NCBI GenBank assembly: GCA_951406725.2 | Contig: OX597818.1 | Coordinates: 145,204,001-145,268,000 of the forward strand | Direction of reading: 5' to 3' | Length of the DNA stretch: 64,000 nt | Origin: Octopus vulgaris | Lineage: Eukaryota | Shown: piece after piece, positions 39,945 to 54,619 of the stretch | How the letters are laid out: every line of letters begins with the position of its first letter | Position numbering within the stretch: the stretch's first letter is position 1 | Position numbers and translations under genes: made by a program | The notes under the pieces: model-generated | Databases searched by the model: none | Told to the model about the DNA's origin: nothing | What the model saw: the letters and a program-made list of their open reading frames with translations, nothing else

Positions 39945-41880
39945 ATTCGTCGCCCTAAAGAATAAAAGTAAAGTTGATATCCACGGGATTTGATCTCAGA
40001 GAACAGAGAGTTGGAACAAATACCGTAAAATATTCTTTTTGGTGCTCTAACGATCCTGCCAATTCGCCACGCAGGAATAAGGAATAATGTTTGTGGTGCA
40101 TTTTAAAAAATATTTCGGTATTTTCCCAAATTGTCTAAAAAAAAAAAAGAATTAAGCTTTTCTACTCTACGCCGCTTGTAGTCTCCGTTATTCTCTGCAG
40201 CCCATGCACGGTACACAAGATTGAGACTTTCGCTTTAGCATATAAGCACTAGCGACAGCTTGAGATATTTTCGCTGAAATCTTGTAGTTGATGTTGTTCA
40301 GCCCTGAGCCTGCAATGATCAAACTCATAGTCGAACTCCGTATCACATGCTTCCTTGTTTTTGTTGTATTGACGTTGCTGTTATTATTAATATCGTTATT
40401 TTGCATCTTAATTAGTGGAAGAACAGCGTTCATGATCCTCTCCAGCGTGACACGAAAAGTCAAAAATCTGGCCCAAATGCTCGCAACAGAGTGGAATCTG
40501 TTAAGGTACCCAACCAAAGTAGGATGTAGAGCTGGGCGACATCTTAAGCCTACTATACAAAATCAAGAACATTTATTAAAACGTATTTTCATCCAAATTT
40601 CTTCTTTTCCTGCAATAATTCCACTCGCCTCTAGAATGCTTTAGAGGAATATTACAACGCCCTTCCCCGTACTTGGTTGATTGACTGGTTAGCATATTAT
40701 TTTGATATGATGAAAGTCAACAGGACCTCGACTGAATTTGAAATCCGAACGTTAAGAGCCGTGATCAAATGCTACGAGCTATTTCATCCGACTCTGTAAC
40801 GGCTCAGCCAATTCCTTATCTCATTGATCAGACTCACAATCAAAGTAATTCAAGCAATTATTTCCCAGTTTTTTTTTTTTTAATTGAAATTTTCTGTTCA
40901 GAAATAGAGAATTCCCGATAACACTGTCCAATGTAGCCATTATTTTCTAAAGATAGCAGCGCGCTGCTTTAGTGTTTGACTGCCATTTCTAGCACATTCA
41001 ACGATTGTATTCATGTTTCTTTGTTGGCTTTGTTATTGCTGTAGAATAGTCTGATTCAAGAGTGTTTTAGCTAATCAATTGATTGATTGTATTCGATCTG
41101 CTTTTTGAAGCAATTCACTTTTCTTCTCTCTGCAGAAAATTGTTGTCATTTAACCCTAGGTCAGCCACCCTGATGGAGCAAATCTATGTTGTTGTTTAAC
41201 ACCAGGTCAATCCTGAATGACCAGACTTATGAGTAAAGGCGTCCCAGTTGTGATCATTCTGTGATTTTAGGACCAATTTGTACGCTGCTATCTAATGTGT
41301 TCTTTCTTAATTAAGTCACTAGATTATTTATCTAAGAAAAATTTGGTTGCTATTTTCAGCAGATTGAGCAATCACGTAAATGCTCCCTTGTCGATTCGAC
41401 AGATCTGTGATGAAAGATAGTAGTGTTTGGGCAATATCATATGTAGTCTACCACTCGAACTACATATAGACATCACTGGATGAAAATAACTCACTGCTTT
41501 ATAGGGAAGCAGCAACCGCTCTGTAGAATTGTTGAGTGTTTCATTAGCAAAGAGTACTCAACCATCACCTCCACCCTGTGAATAAATTGGTGAAATGGAT
41601 GAGATTAGCTAACCCAACTTTCTCCAGATATATGAACTGTTGTCTTTTTGGCTTTGAACGATTAGGCTCATGGTTATTAATGTTTGTTCTAAGGGCGTTG
41701 GTTTCGTTGGATCGTAAAAGCATCGGACAAAATACCTGGTGTAATTACGGTTCATTACGTTCTGAGTCCAAATTCTGCTGATGTCAATTTTGCCTTTCAT
41801 TCTCTAGAGTGGAGAAAATAAAAGAAAAACGAGAAAAGTCGTTAGTACTGCTGTCGATATTAATCGACTACACCCCCCAC
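39945..41880. mobile_element. Three degenerate SINE family B copies: about 39945-40072 (-), 40665-40815 (-), 41692-41880 (+)
   Basis: Each has the core (e.g. TTACGTTCTGAGTCCAAATTCTGCTGATGTCAATTTTGCCTTTCAT) and/or the TGGCAG..CGTTAGAG head. Confidence 0.65.
41140..41400 (+). repeat. Unclassified interspersed repeat with relatives at about 40830-41030, 55165-55240 and 57215-57370 (-)
   Basis: Shared motifs TTGTTTAAC-CCAGGTCA-CCTGA..CAGAC-TATGA..AAAGGC and TTTGG-TGCTATTT. Confidence 0.45.
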
Positions 41881-42189
41881 TGTCTAGTCTTATGCAATAC
41901 AGCGGTCCTATCGTTGGCCCGTAGTTAAATCGCTGGTCATCTCCGAACAAGCAGGCCTATAGTCAAAGATGTACCAGCCAGCCGATATGTTATCAGACAT
42001 TGAGTATCGTGAACTACCTTTTCCAGGTGTCATTTTTTTACAGACTGTAGCGTGGCATTTAATTGATATTTGGTTGTTATTCGTGTCGCCCATTGTACGT
42101 CATTGGACTATGTCCTGTTCCTTGTTTCACAATCCGTCGGTAAAATATATACTGGATGCGATCAAATCCTCATCTTGCTTCAGTCATCT

Positions 42190-42830
42190 ACACACCTCGA
42201 TTCAGTTGACTACACGTCTCGATTCAGCTGACTAAACACCTTGATTCAGTTCATGACAATTCTCAATTCAGTAGACTGCACATCTCGATGCGGTTGATTG
42301 CACATCTCGATTCAGTTGACTAAAAATCTCGATTCAGTTGACTAAAAATCTCGATTCAGTTGACTAAAAATCTCGATTCAGTTGACTAAAAATCTCGATT
42401 CAGCTGAGTACGTGAAGGCGAGTGTCTTAGTGGTTGGAATGTTGCATCCGTGATTGTATGATTGTGGTTTCGATTCCCGCACTGGGTAATGTGTTGTTCT
42501 CGATTATAACTGCTCATTTCATAACTCAGCTGGCGAAAATGAGTGGGTTAGAGGATACATGTGTGACACAAAACCCAGGAAACCAGCCTTATGTGCTTAT
42601 GACTTAGGACGGGCCTTTGATTTTATTTTTTATTTGTTGTTTTTGATCAGTTGCCTTCATATCTCGACTCAGCTAACAACACATCTCGACTCAGCTGACC
42701 ACACATCTCGATTCAGCTGACCACACATCTCGACTCAGCTGACCACACATCTCGACTCAGCTGACCACACATCTCGATTCAATTCATTTCACATCTCGAT
42801 TTAGTTGACTGCTCATCTCAATCAAATTTA
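42190..42830. repeat. 22-bp minisatellite (ACACATCTCGAYTCAGYTGACY) split by a SINE
   Basis: About 10 units at 42190-42410 and about 7 at 42655-42830, head-to-tail without spacers. Confidence 0.9.
42412..42620 (+). mobile_element. Degenerate SINE family C copy
   Basis: GTGAAGGCG...TAGTGGTT...GTGGTTTCGATTCCCG...GGAAACCAGCC is homologous to the 10170 and 56718 copies. Confidence 0.65.
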
Positions 42831-43119
42831 CAGCACCTTTTCATTCAATCGATTACCCGATTCCTATTAAAATTGTGGTATTGTGGTCTATATTATAATC
42901 CTAATATTAAAAAAAAAATTGTTTTGACCACATTTGGGTGATAGACTCAATCTTCCGACCGGTTCAACACCATCACCTAGTTTCTGAGTGCCTGAGCAAA
43001 GTCATTCTATTCCAACCATACCGGCAAGATGTCTAGTTTGAGAATAACTTCTTCCCTTCACCCCACCAGTCGCGTAACCATGAAAAAACAAAACAAAACA
43101 AAACAAAAAACAGTAAGTA

Positions 43120-43360
43120 AAAAATAAAGGCACTGCATTTTCTGCTATGACTAAGCGAAAGAATAGAATCGAATAGGCTTTCTCTTATACTTATTATTGA
43201 GTCCCGGAGCTCCCTTGAAAACTTACACCTAAAGAACTTCAAGTCGTGGCTTTCATGTATACATTTTTTCCTAAACAATGCATCAAGATCTACGTTACCC
43301 AATAAAAATACGAAAAGTATGGCTTGAAGGTGAAATGTCTACTATGCCGAGGGACCACGT
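43120..43360 (+). mobile_element. Possible piggyBac-like transposase remnant
   Basis: FPKQCIKIYV..NKNTK.YGLKVKCLLC (across frameshifts) resembles the piggyBac motif 'FRGRCxFRxYIPNKPxKYGxKV'. No TTAA or TIR found. Confidence 0.3.
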
Positions 43361-43893
43361 AGAGGGTTTATTGTTCACGTTACAGAATGTCAAGATTTAA
43401 TGACAGATCCATGACATACATTCAATAGAATACAATTTTATCAATAATGTACATCAGAAACAAAATGTATTCCACTCACAATAAATAGAAAATTAAGTAT
43501 AGTGGTCGAAACGTTTTATTCAAACATAGGTAGATGCGTGAATGTATATCTCTATGTGTATAGAATGAGAGGAATTGGTGGAGCGCTGTCAAACAGCAAA
43601 TCGTATTGTGATGACGAATCCGAGTTAGGAGATGTATGCTTTCAAAGTACGCTGTCTCAACTTGACATACAGAATTCTATGACTAGCATTTAGCTGAGTA
43701 CTTCGTATGGACAGGTAATGCGCACACACGGACACACACACACTTTATGTTGTGTAAGTGTGTGTGTGTGTGTGGGTGTGTGCGTGCGTGCTTGCAGGTT
43801 TATACGTATTGTTACGTCATGTACGATCTTCCGGGCGACATGTTTCCTTCAAGATGTCTGTCTCGCTCTCATTTTTCTTTATTTTATTACTTA

Positions 43894-43933
<40 letters not shown>

Positions 43934-44869
43934 ATGTATGTCTGTATGTATGCATGTATCAATATACATGCGTATGCTTAAATTGTCCCTTATGTTTGCT
44001 ACTTTTATCCCACTACAATCGTTAAAATAAGTAATAAAGTAATATTTTAAGGCAGAGTTACCGTTAAAGCAATTTCTTGGACACAAAGCTCCTATACTAT
44101 TGAAGTTAGTGAAGATGAAAGAACAAGCTTTAATGTTTCTTTTAATATGTATTTATATAATTTCCGTTAGGATCGATAAGTTAGCAGAAGCGATAAACGT
44201 TAAATAAAAAGGCTTTGAGAATTTATTTCGTTCCTTTTCATAAAAGTAATGTTCAAATCGTGTTGGCATCGATTTTATCTGGTAATCCTCTGCCACTTAT
44301 ATAAATCGTAACAATAGTGTACCTCTTTGGTAGGCCATAATCACCCCTTACAGAAACTGGTCTTAAAGTTTGTCAAAATAAATCGTATTAACTCAAAATG
44401 CGTGCATTGCATAGGAATTTGATGAAGTTATGTAGGAGTAAAAAGAGACTCAAGAACTGTAAATATGGCGTTTGTAGTTGTGACTGTGGTGATAGTAGTC
44501 GTAATTCTTACAAATTAAAAGATTAATGCATTGAAAGCTTCAATTAATTGGCGTTTTTCAAAACGGTAAAACTAATGCCCATTTATGAAATTGGAAGTTA
44601 ATCAACACAATGATTACTCAGAAATATAAAGAGCCGGAACAATTACCCCAAAGCTTTTCACCCGACGCTCTAACGAGTGTGCTACTCTATTGCATAACTA
44701 GAGGTAGTTTTTTAAGGGCTTAGGAGAAAATACAGAAGATAATACACCTCTTGACGGGTTTCTTCTGTGGTTGTGCGAAACTTCTTGTCCCCAGATGTTA
44801 TTCCAACGACAACGACGAATCCAGAATGTGTGGTGAGAGGGGTGAAACGGTAAATTTCAGGAGAGTTAA

Positions 44870-45039
44870 CTAGTCGGTTACATCGACCCCAGTACATAAC
44901 TGGTACTTACTTTATTGGCCCCGAACGGATGAAAGGCAACGTCGACCTCGGGGGAATTTGAACTCAGAACGCGGCGACGGGCGAATTACCGCTAAGCATT
45001 TCGTCCAACGTGCTAACGATTCTGACAGCACGCCGCCTT
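44870..45039 (-). mobile_element. SINE family B copy
   Basis: High similarity to 36190-36351. Confidence 0.85.
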
Positions 45040-45798
45040 GTGAGTTTCTTTAATAAGAGTTCCAACACGCACAAGAAATAAATAAAACTAATTTCTTCAA
45101 ATATACGAACGTATTCTATGTGGTAGACATAACATCGTGGCCCGACTTAACAACCCCTGACTGGTGGGTTATACTTATCAGAGCCCATACTATAATAATC
45201 ACTTGTGTCCAGTTCCCTAGCCAGAGAATACTTTTCTCTTATTTCTGTGCAGTTCCCGAGGCCATGGAAACGGTCATAACTCTGGCCTTATTCCAATGAC
45301 TGAGTTAAAAATTATCCAACGTACGCTCGTTATAAAAAACAATGCCGAAAAGCGCAACAAAGAGTTTAATTTTACTGCGTAACAGCAGAACCATTGCAAT
45401 AGTAAATAACAAGCAAACTAAAGGTAGAAAACACAATGTCCACGAATAAATAGGACAAGTCGCTTTAAAATATCGGTAATATTGACCTGCCAGAAAAAAA
45501 ACATACAATCAAACTGCCAATAATTTCAGATAAATAATCCGAAACGAAATATATAATACTGTAAAATGAAATATTGCGAAAAAGGGACATAAATGGTCTT
45601 TTTTCTTTATTAAATATATCCGATATCGAAGTTGTTCATCTCAAAATGAGTGTGTATGAGTATGTGTATATGTGTATATGTGTATATGTATGCATATAAC
45701 CACATATACAAATGTGTATAGGTATGTGTGTGTGTATGTGTGTGTATATAGAGGTACATATTTATGTATGATTATATATGTATATATTTACTCCCCCC

Positions 45799-45831
<33 letters not shown>

Positions 45832-46324
45832 GCATATGTGTGTGTTTGTGTGTATATGTTTGTAAGGACACATACATACATACGTACGTATGTACATACA
45901 TACATATGTGTATATGTATGTGTGTGTATGTGTGTAAGTGTGTGTATATAGATGTACATATTTATGTATGATTATATATGTATATATTTACTCCCCTCAT
46001 ATATATATATATATATACATACATACATATATATATATATATACATGTATATATGTGTGTGCTCGTGTGTATATGTTTGTAAGGACACATACATACATAC
46101 ATACATACAAAGATACATACATACATACATACATACATACATACATACATACATACATACATACATACATACATACATACGTACATACATACATACACAC
46201 TTATGCGCCAATTACTATTGGTATTACGTCTACTCTCCTCATTGACACAACCTTCGTATTTCCCACTTCAAATTGCCATAGTTGTTTATTGTTTTCTTTC
46301 TCTTTGATCCTGTTGTCACTCCAA

Positions 46325-47580
46325 CATGCCACGTCGGTTATCACGCAAAATCCTGACAGCATCTGGGAACTTCCACAGAAACAGTTTATGTTGACAGGCT
46401 CTACCTAAGAAGAAATGAAGGTGGTAGAGGCCTGAGATCAGTGCAAATGCCGTATAGTATCACTCAGGCAGTACCTGCTAAACAGCAGCAGCAAAAAGAA
46501 TATATTAATGCAGTCCTGAAAAGTGAAGTGAGCAACATTGTACGAATTGCCAGTGAACTCTCTTGGAAACACTCTCTTCCTGATTCATCTTCTATACAGC
46601 CTCAAAACAGCTGGGCTCTCTTCCTTCAGAGAAGACCTAGACGGAAAGCACTCAGCATAAAAAAAGGACTATGTGTGGGTATGTTGCCCGGAATCTTGAA
46701 GGAAACAATAGAATTGACACGAAGCGCAGCCTCTCTTGGACACAAGACCACTACATCACATCAAATTTTGAAGGCTATGTATTTGCAATCCAGGAACAGG
46801 AGATTGCCACAAAGTACCTGGTGAACAAAAGAGACAGTGACGCTCTTGTAATCCCAAGCTACAACTCTATCTGTAGTCTATGTCATGTTTCTGTGGAAGA
46901 CAATACGCATGTGATTAGCAGCTGTCCTAAAATGTCGTCACGGTACCAACTTCCTATGCGGCACGATGTTGTTGCTAAAACAATTTACAATGCCATTCGC
47001 AAAAAAGACTGTTCTGAAATAAACGTAGAAAATCCCTCTGTTATGGAATACATTCATAAACATCAACTCAAAGAATGGTGGAATATTCCCATCAAAACTT
47101 CTGTCAAATGTAAGGATCACAGGCTGGATATTGTTGTTTGGGACAGAGAGGCAAAGATATGCACCAACATAGAGTTTAGCTGCCCTGCAGATATAAATAT
47201 CTCTTTGAAAATCAATGTAGAAGAGGATATCTATGGACAACTGCTTCGAAGCATCCAGCTTCTACAACCAGAATATGAATTTATATTCATACCAATGATA
47301 ATTGGAGCACTAGGTTTTGTTAGTAAATGCTTAAAGGAGAATCTGGATAAACTGGGATTTTCGGAAAAAGAAATTGACCGGCTGTGAGTGGAACAGCAAA
47401 AATATGCAAAATGTGTAAAAAAAAGTGCAATCTGTGAGTGGAACAGTAAAAATATGCAAGACTTTTCCCAAGTTCTCAATCTGAATTTGACTGTGTTAAT
47501 TACATCTCAAAGATGGAGACTTGTATCGTGTTGGAAACCGGCTCCCTCCTCAGTGGAAGACTTATGATAATTAAAAAATA
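46325..47580 (+). mobile_element. 5'-truncated R4/Dong-like (REL endonuclease) non-LTR retrotransposon
   Basis: RKILTASGNFHRNS..DRLYL.RNEGGRGL precedes ORF 46671-47387. That ORF has a CCHC knuckle (CSLC..HVISSC), RHD, an RLDIVV..IE restriction-like endonuclease motif and IIGALG. C-terminus SVSGTVKICKTF. Confidence 0.9.
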
Positions 47581-48310
47581 GAAGAGACATACACAGTCTT
47601 AGACACAGACACATACACACATATTTGTGTGTGTGTGTGTGTGGGGGGGGGTGCGTGTTATCTGTGTGTGTATGTGTATGTATGTGTGTGTATGTGTATG
47701 TATGTGTGTGTATGTGGATGTATGTGTGTGTGTTTGCTATAGTAAAATCGACAATCTACTTTCGCTCCAGATTGAGTTATTCACAGTTATCACAGTCGTA
47801 AACTGCCCAGCTCAGAGTGAAACTCTAAAAAGACTGTCAACTTTGATACAATAAACATGCATTTATTGTATGGCATTTCATGCAACAAAGTTAATAGCAT
47901 TCAGTAAAATACAGTCGAGCTTCTACGTTTTGATTTATTAAATTTTTACGTTTTTAAGATCCTGGAAGTGATTTTTTTCTTCTACATTTATTAAAAATGC
48001 ATGTCAATCTAATCATTGAACCATTATTCACATGTTCATATGCACACACACGAGCACACATGCACACATGCATATATGCATTTACAAGGTCCAACATCTT
48101 GCTTCCAAACATGTTATATTGAAGAAAAAGTATTGAAATTTAATCTTTTTTTATTAAAGATTTTTCATATTTCCTTATTAATCCTTTCATAATAAAAAAG
48201 AAATTTAGACTCCATAGTCGTGTCTTTAATGTAATACGCAAACACATAGTCACCTCTCAACACACACACACTCAGAGACACAAATACATATTCGATTATA
48301 TCATATGTAC

Positions 48311-48386
<76 letters not shown>

Positions 48387-48470
48387 ATACATATATATGT
48401 ATTGAAGCATATATATACACACACACATATATTTATATATGTGTATATATATATGTATGTATATATATAT

Positions 48471-48516
<46 letters not shown>

Positions 48517-48575
48517 ATATATATATATATATATGTATATATATGTATATGTATATATATATGTATATGTATATA

Positions 48576-48621
<46 letters not shown>

Positions 48622-48858
48622 TACATTCAAGATAAACAGATTCAGTTACAATATCATTAAAAACGATATGAGCTAAAGGAGACTAAAAAGAAGAAGAACA
48701 ACAATTACCACAAGGCAACACTCTCTGCCACTTGGCTCTTTTCCGCTGTTCAAAAACGACCTCATTTTGTTTCTTTTCAATAAAAGAACATTTCAGAAAA
48801 CAGTTACAACATCCACGATAGTGATAATACCAATGGTGTTAACCGAAACAACACCAAC

Positions 48859-48944
<86 letters not shown>

Positions 48945-48991
48945 GGATGATGATGATGATGATGAGGATGATGATGATGATGATGATGATG
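48859..48991. repeat. (GAT)n microsatellite
   Basis: Read directly. Confidence 0.95.
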
Positions 48992-49383
48992 TAATGATAA
49001 GGAGATGAACAAGAAGACGATGAAGAAATGATCAAAGGGAGTGTAACGCCATGGTTAAATTTGGAAATTGATTTTTCCACCCTATTTTTCTTGTGCCATT
49101 TTTCTGATTTTACTCGATTTTGTTTCTGCACATTTTGTTTTCTAAGTTAATTTTTACTTTTATTTCTAATATAAAATTTTAATATTATTTCTCTCTACTG
49201 ACGAGTTGGTCAAATTTGACAGCATCAGAAGGGATTCTGTCAGCTGATATTACTTCAACGACAGCAGAAATACTAACAGATATGAAGAAAAACATTGATG
49301 CTTGTTGTGCTTGTGCTGTTGCCGCTAAAAAGAAAAGCATTGTTAAAGTTGATGATGATGTAATGTTGATGATGATGATGATG

Positions 49384-49456
<73 letters not shown>

Positions 49457-49572
49457 AGATGGAATTGGTAATAATCCAAGGCAAATGTATTAATAATTTC
49501 TCAATTTTAATATATATGTCACATTCTTTGATTTATTTATTCTTCTCTGGCACTTTTTCCTTTCTTCCTCCT

Positions 49573-49624
<52 letters not shown>

Positions 49625-49626
<2 letters not shown>

Positions 49627-49800
49627 TTGTTTCAGTCAGCTGACTGTGGCCATGTTGGAACACTGCCTCGAAGGTTCTTTAAAGTCGAACCAATCGACCG
49701 CAGGACATATTTTTTTAAAAGCCTAGTACTTATTCAATCGAACTGTTTTGTTACGGGGATGTATACACACCGGTTGTCAAGCGTCGATGTGGCGACAAAC
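49625..49800 (-). mobile_element. SINE family A 3' half
   Basis: Homologous to 50132-50320. Confidence 0.75.
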
Positions 49801-49912
49801 ACTTTTTCCCTCTCCTAAAGGGCATTCGCCCATTCTTCTAAGCTGTTGTCACAGCTAGTCTGCATTCGCGATTTACTTTATTTTCTTTGATATATATATA
49901 TATATATATATG

Positions 49913-50112
49913 TCGCCATGATAGATCGTTAGCCACTACACACATCTTTTTTTCCTTGTTTCTCTCCTTGTTTTTTCTGTGTCCCCTTCTGTAGAAGAGC
50001 GTAGGCTCAAAATGTAAAAGACTTTTTTTTATTCCTGAGCGTTATACTAATACATCTGCTTGTTTTGTACACCACCTATCTTCGTCTTTTGTGTTTTTCG
50101 TAAACTCTCCCT
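49913..50112 (+). mobile_element. Penelope-terminus-like short repeat with hammerhead relic, between (TA)n tracts
   Basis: CTGTAGA-A-GAGC-gtag-GCTC-AAAA-TGTA at 49989-50016 has the same layout as 16091-16127, with CpG-type decay. Downstream CCTGAGCGT..TAATAC is shared with 16143. Confidence 0.55.
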
Positions 50113-50131
50113 ATATATATATATATATATA

Positions 50132-50938
50132 TTCTTTTCTTATAGTCATTTGACTGCGGCCATGTTGGAACACCATCTGTAGTTGAAGAAATCGACCCCA
50201 GGACTTATTCTTTGCAAGCCTAGTACTTATTTTATCGTTCTCTTCAGCTGAACCGCTAAGTTACGAGGACGTAAACACACCGACATCGGTTGTCAAGCGA
50301 TGGTGGGGGACAAACACAGACATACACACACACACACACTTGCTCACACTGCGTAAACGGCGTTGATTTTTACAATTCGGTAAATAGTAATAATATTTTA
50401 TAAGCTTGAAGCTTACAAGCGATCACCGTGAGATGACTAAAGAAAATAGTCTAATAATGGGGCATATAAGACGTTTTCCCGTACGCGTGGGACACAAACA
50501 CACATCTCTTTGTTTTAGCGACAAGTGTGCTAGCCATTTAGACGCGTACGGGGAAACCTACTTTTTTCTGTCGAGGGTTTTTATGCCCCATTTTTAGATT
50601 ATTTTCTTTAGTCATTGCACGGTGATCGTTTATAAGCTTTGAGCACACACACACGCACGCACACACACAAGCGCGCGCGCACACACACACACATACACAC
50701 ACACATATATATACACACACATATATATTCACATATATATTCATATATATGTGTGTGTGTGTGTGTGAGTATGCATACAACAGGCTTCTTTCAGTTTCCG
50801 TTTGCCAAATCCACTCATAAGGCTTTAGTCGACCCGAGGCTATAGTAGAAGACACTTGAGTAATGTGCCACGCAATGGGACCGAACCCGGAGCAATGTGG
50901 TTTGGAAGCAAGCTTCTTACCACACAGCCACATATGCA
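50132..50938 (-). mobile_element. Full-length SINE family A with a foldback insert in its (CA)n tract
   Basis: Head at about 50780-50938, body and tail at 50132-50330; homologous to the 34051 copy. Confidence 0.85.
50341..50645. mobile_element. Palindromic MITE-like insert
   Basis: Arms 50409-50466 and 50582-50639, inner arms 50474-50488 and 50542-50556, ends TGCTCA...TGAGCA. Confidence 0.65.
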
Positions 50939-52061
50939 TATATATATTTAGAGAGAGAGAGAGCAAGAGAGAGAGAGAGAGATAGAGAGAGAGAGAGGGG
51001 GGGGCTTATTTAGGTAGATAAGTAGATGCATGTGTGTGCATATATGAATATATGTGTGCGTGGGCACGTTTCTGTAATAAAAAATCCATATTGAGCAATT
51101 AGAACGAAAACACAACTTTGTGTAAAGTCTTTTGGCAAAGGGCTCGTTAAACATGAAATGAATTCATGTTTTAGATCAATACTATACAGATATACAATGA
51201 TGGAGAAAAAGGAATGGCATTAGAAACAATATCATGTCATTTATGTATAAGAACGAAATATCTTCTAGAGACACAAATTCGTGTTTCTTTAGTCTGCAGT
51301 AGTAAAATAACTTGTGTAATGTCTTCATCGGTCGATAGTAAACGGAAGTAGCCTTTACAGAAAATTACTGGTTGTATATAGAGCCACTGAAATGTAGAAT
51401 TTAAAACGGAAAATTAACAAGTGCTGAAATGTTACAAGAACTTTAACAATCATAAAAGCATTCAAAATAAACTAGTAAAAATGAACACAAATGTAGGGAA
51501 AATATTTCGTTCGTGTAAAGATTCTTAACAATGAGTTTAATAAACATGAAATTAATTCCTGTTTGGAGAAATATGCATGATAAAATTTAATTTTCTAGTG
51601 TTCTTCCGTTTTCGCTATCATTATTTTTCTTTACACAATTGCTATAAAGATGAATTATTTCTCACACTAGTAAACGCCATCAAAGAATTGTTGTACTTCA
51701 ACCGCGTTTGCACGAATTCTAAAGAATATTTCTGATTTAGAGAACACATATATTTATAGGCCTTCTAGCTATGTTTGTGCTGTCTATTTTACCGGTGCTT
51801 TATATTTAGTACTAGTTTATTTTGTATATATAATGTAAACTACTAACAGAAAGAGATTTGGCACCATACTTTTACAGGTCAATCGACCGTGTGGCCCTCT
51901 TCTCGTTGCTTTAATGCTAGGAAATAAATAAGAACAATGAAGAAATCCTCTTGGAATATCCCTCATCTGATAATAATTAGTCCTTGACATTTCTGATAAT
52001 TACATCATAACTACCTCGTATCTGCTGATATTAGAACTGGGTGAAATCACATATTTTTCTT

Positions 52062-53417
<1,356 letters not shown>

Positions 53418-53470
53418 ACAATTAACCTTCATCCCGAAGTCTATCCATCATTAATTCTGAATACAACACC

Positions 53471-53502
<32 letters not shown>

Positions 53503-54588
53503 CAACAGTACGAACAATATAAGCAATTCCACGTGAACTGAAAACAATGACGTGATAACGTAGCTGTCTTGAGTATTTTAAATGTTGAATGAAGTTTCTT
53601 TGATCTTAGATCAATGATGATTGATTTGACAGTAAACATCAGAAATAAAAGTATCAAGAACAATATGACAACCACTACAAATAATGTCACATCATCATCA
53701 TTACCACCATTATTAACGACAAAATCATCAGCTCTGTGACTACAAACCTAAAACTTTTGAATAAAGAAATGGCAATTACGATAATAACAACATGATAGCA
53801 AAGTCTGTAGCTACATATGTTGCATGTCATTACAAGGGTGTATTTGCGCGCGTGCATGTTTCTGTGTAGTTTTCCCAGCTGAAATCGGAAGTGCAAGTGG
53901 CGAAGTGCCCATGAACAGTTAGGTAACATGTCCACTAACACTAGTCATAAAGTATTGCTGGATATTAAATTTAATGTTTTAAAAATTCAGAGAAAACCCT
54001 ACCATGCAGTAAAGAAAAAATTAAGGCAAGCGCTCAAAAGTTACTCCGTTAAGTGTTTGGACGTTATATTTTCATAGATTTTATGTAATGCTTAAAATGG
54101 TATGATTCTTGGGTGTTTAAGTCGAGGATCAGATTCGACGCATTGTGCTGATAAGAATGATGGTAATTAAAAGCAAAAGGCCAGAGGTTTGTAGGATGAT
54201 TAAGTTTGTATGATGAAAAAAGGAAAGTGAAACTTGTAATGACAAACATTTTCTCGGTAGTAAAAAACCATTTTGAAAAGATTATGAAGCGCTTGAATTT
54301 GTACGACATAAAAATGACTGGTGAAGCTGCCAGTGCTTATATATACGCATAAATATGTTATAACATGCGTATATTTGCATATATGACTATATGTTCTGTA
54401 TCTGTATATGCAAATATTTGTTTAGCATGGCTGCAGTCAAATGACTGAAAGAGATAAAAGACTAAAAGAATATGTGTGTGTGTGCGTGCGTGTGTATGTG
54501 TGTTTGTGCGTGTGTATGTGTGTTTGTGCGTGTGTATGTGTGTTTGTGCGTGTGTATGTGTGTTTATGCGTGTGTGTAAAGAGTAATT

Positions 54589-54619
<31 letters not shown>

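Noticed and set aside
42190-42830. Short direct-repeat array as a possible CRISPR
   Set aside because: Units are contiguous with no unique spacers, there are no cas genes, and the context is eukaryotic.
46671-47387. 238-aa ORF as a host gene or novel nuclease
   Set aside because: It is the CCHC plus REL C-terminus of a truncated, frameshifted R4/Dong-like retrotransposon; the catalytic PD is changed to LD.
49216-49818. 200-aa ORF with a non-repetitive N-terminus
   Set aside because: Runs through (GAT)n, (AAT)n, (TA)n and a SINE; no recognisable domain.
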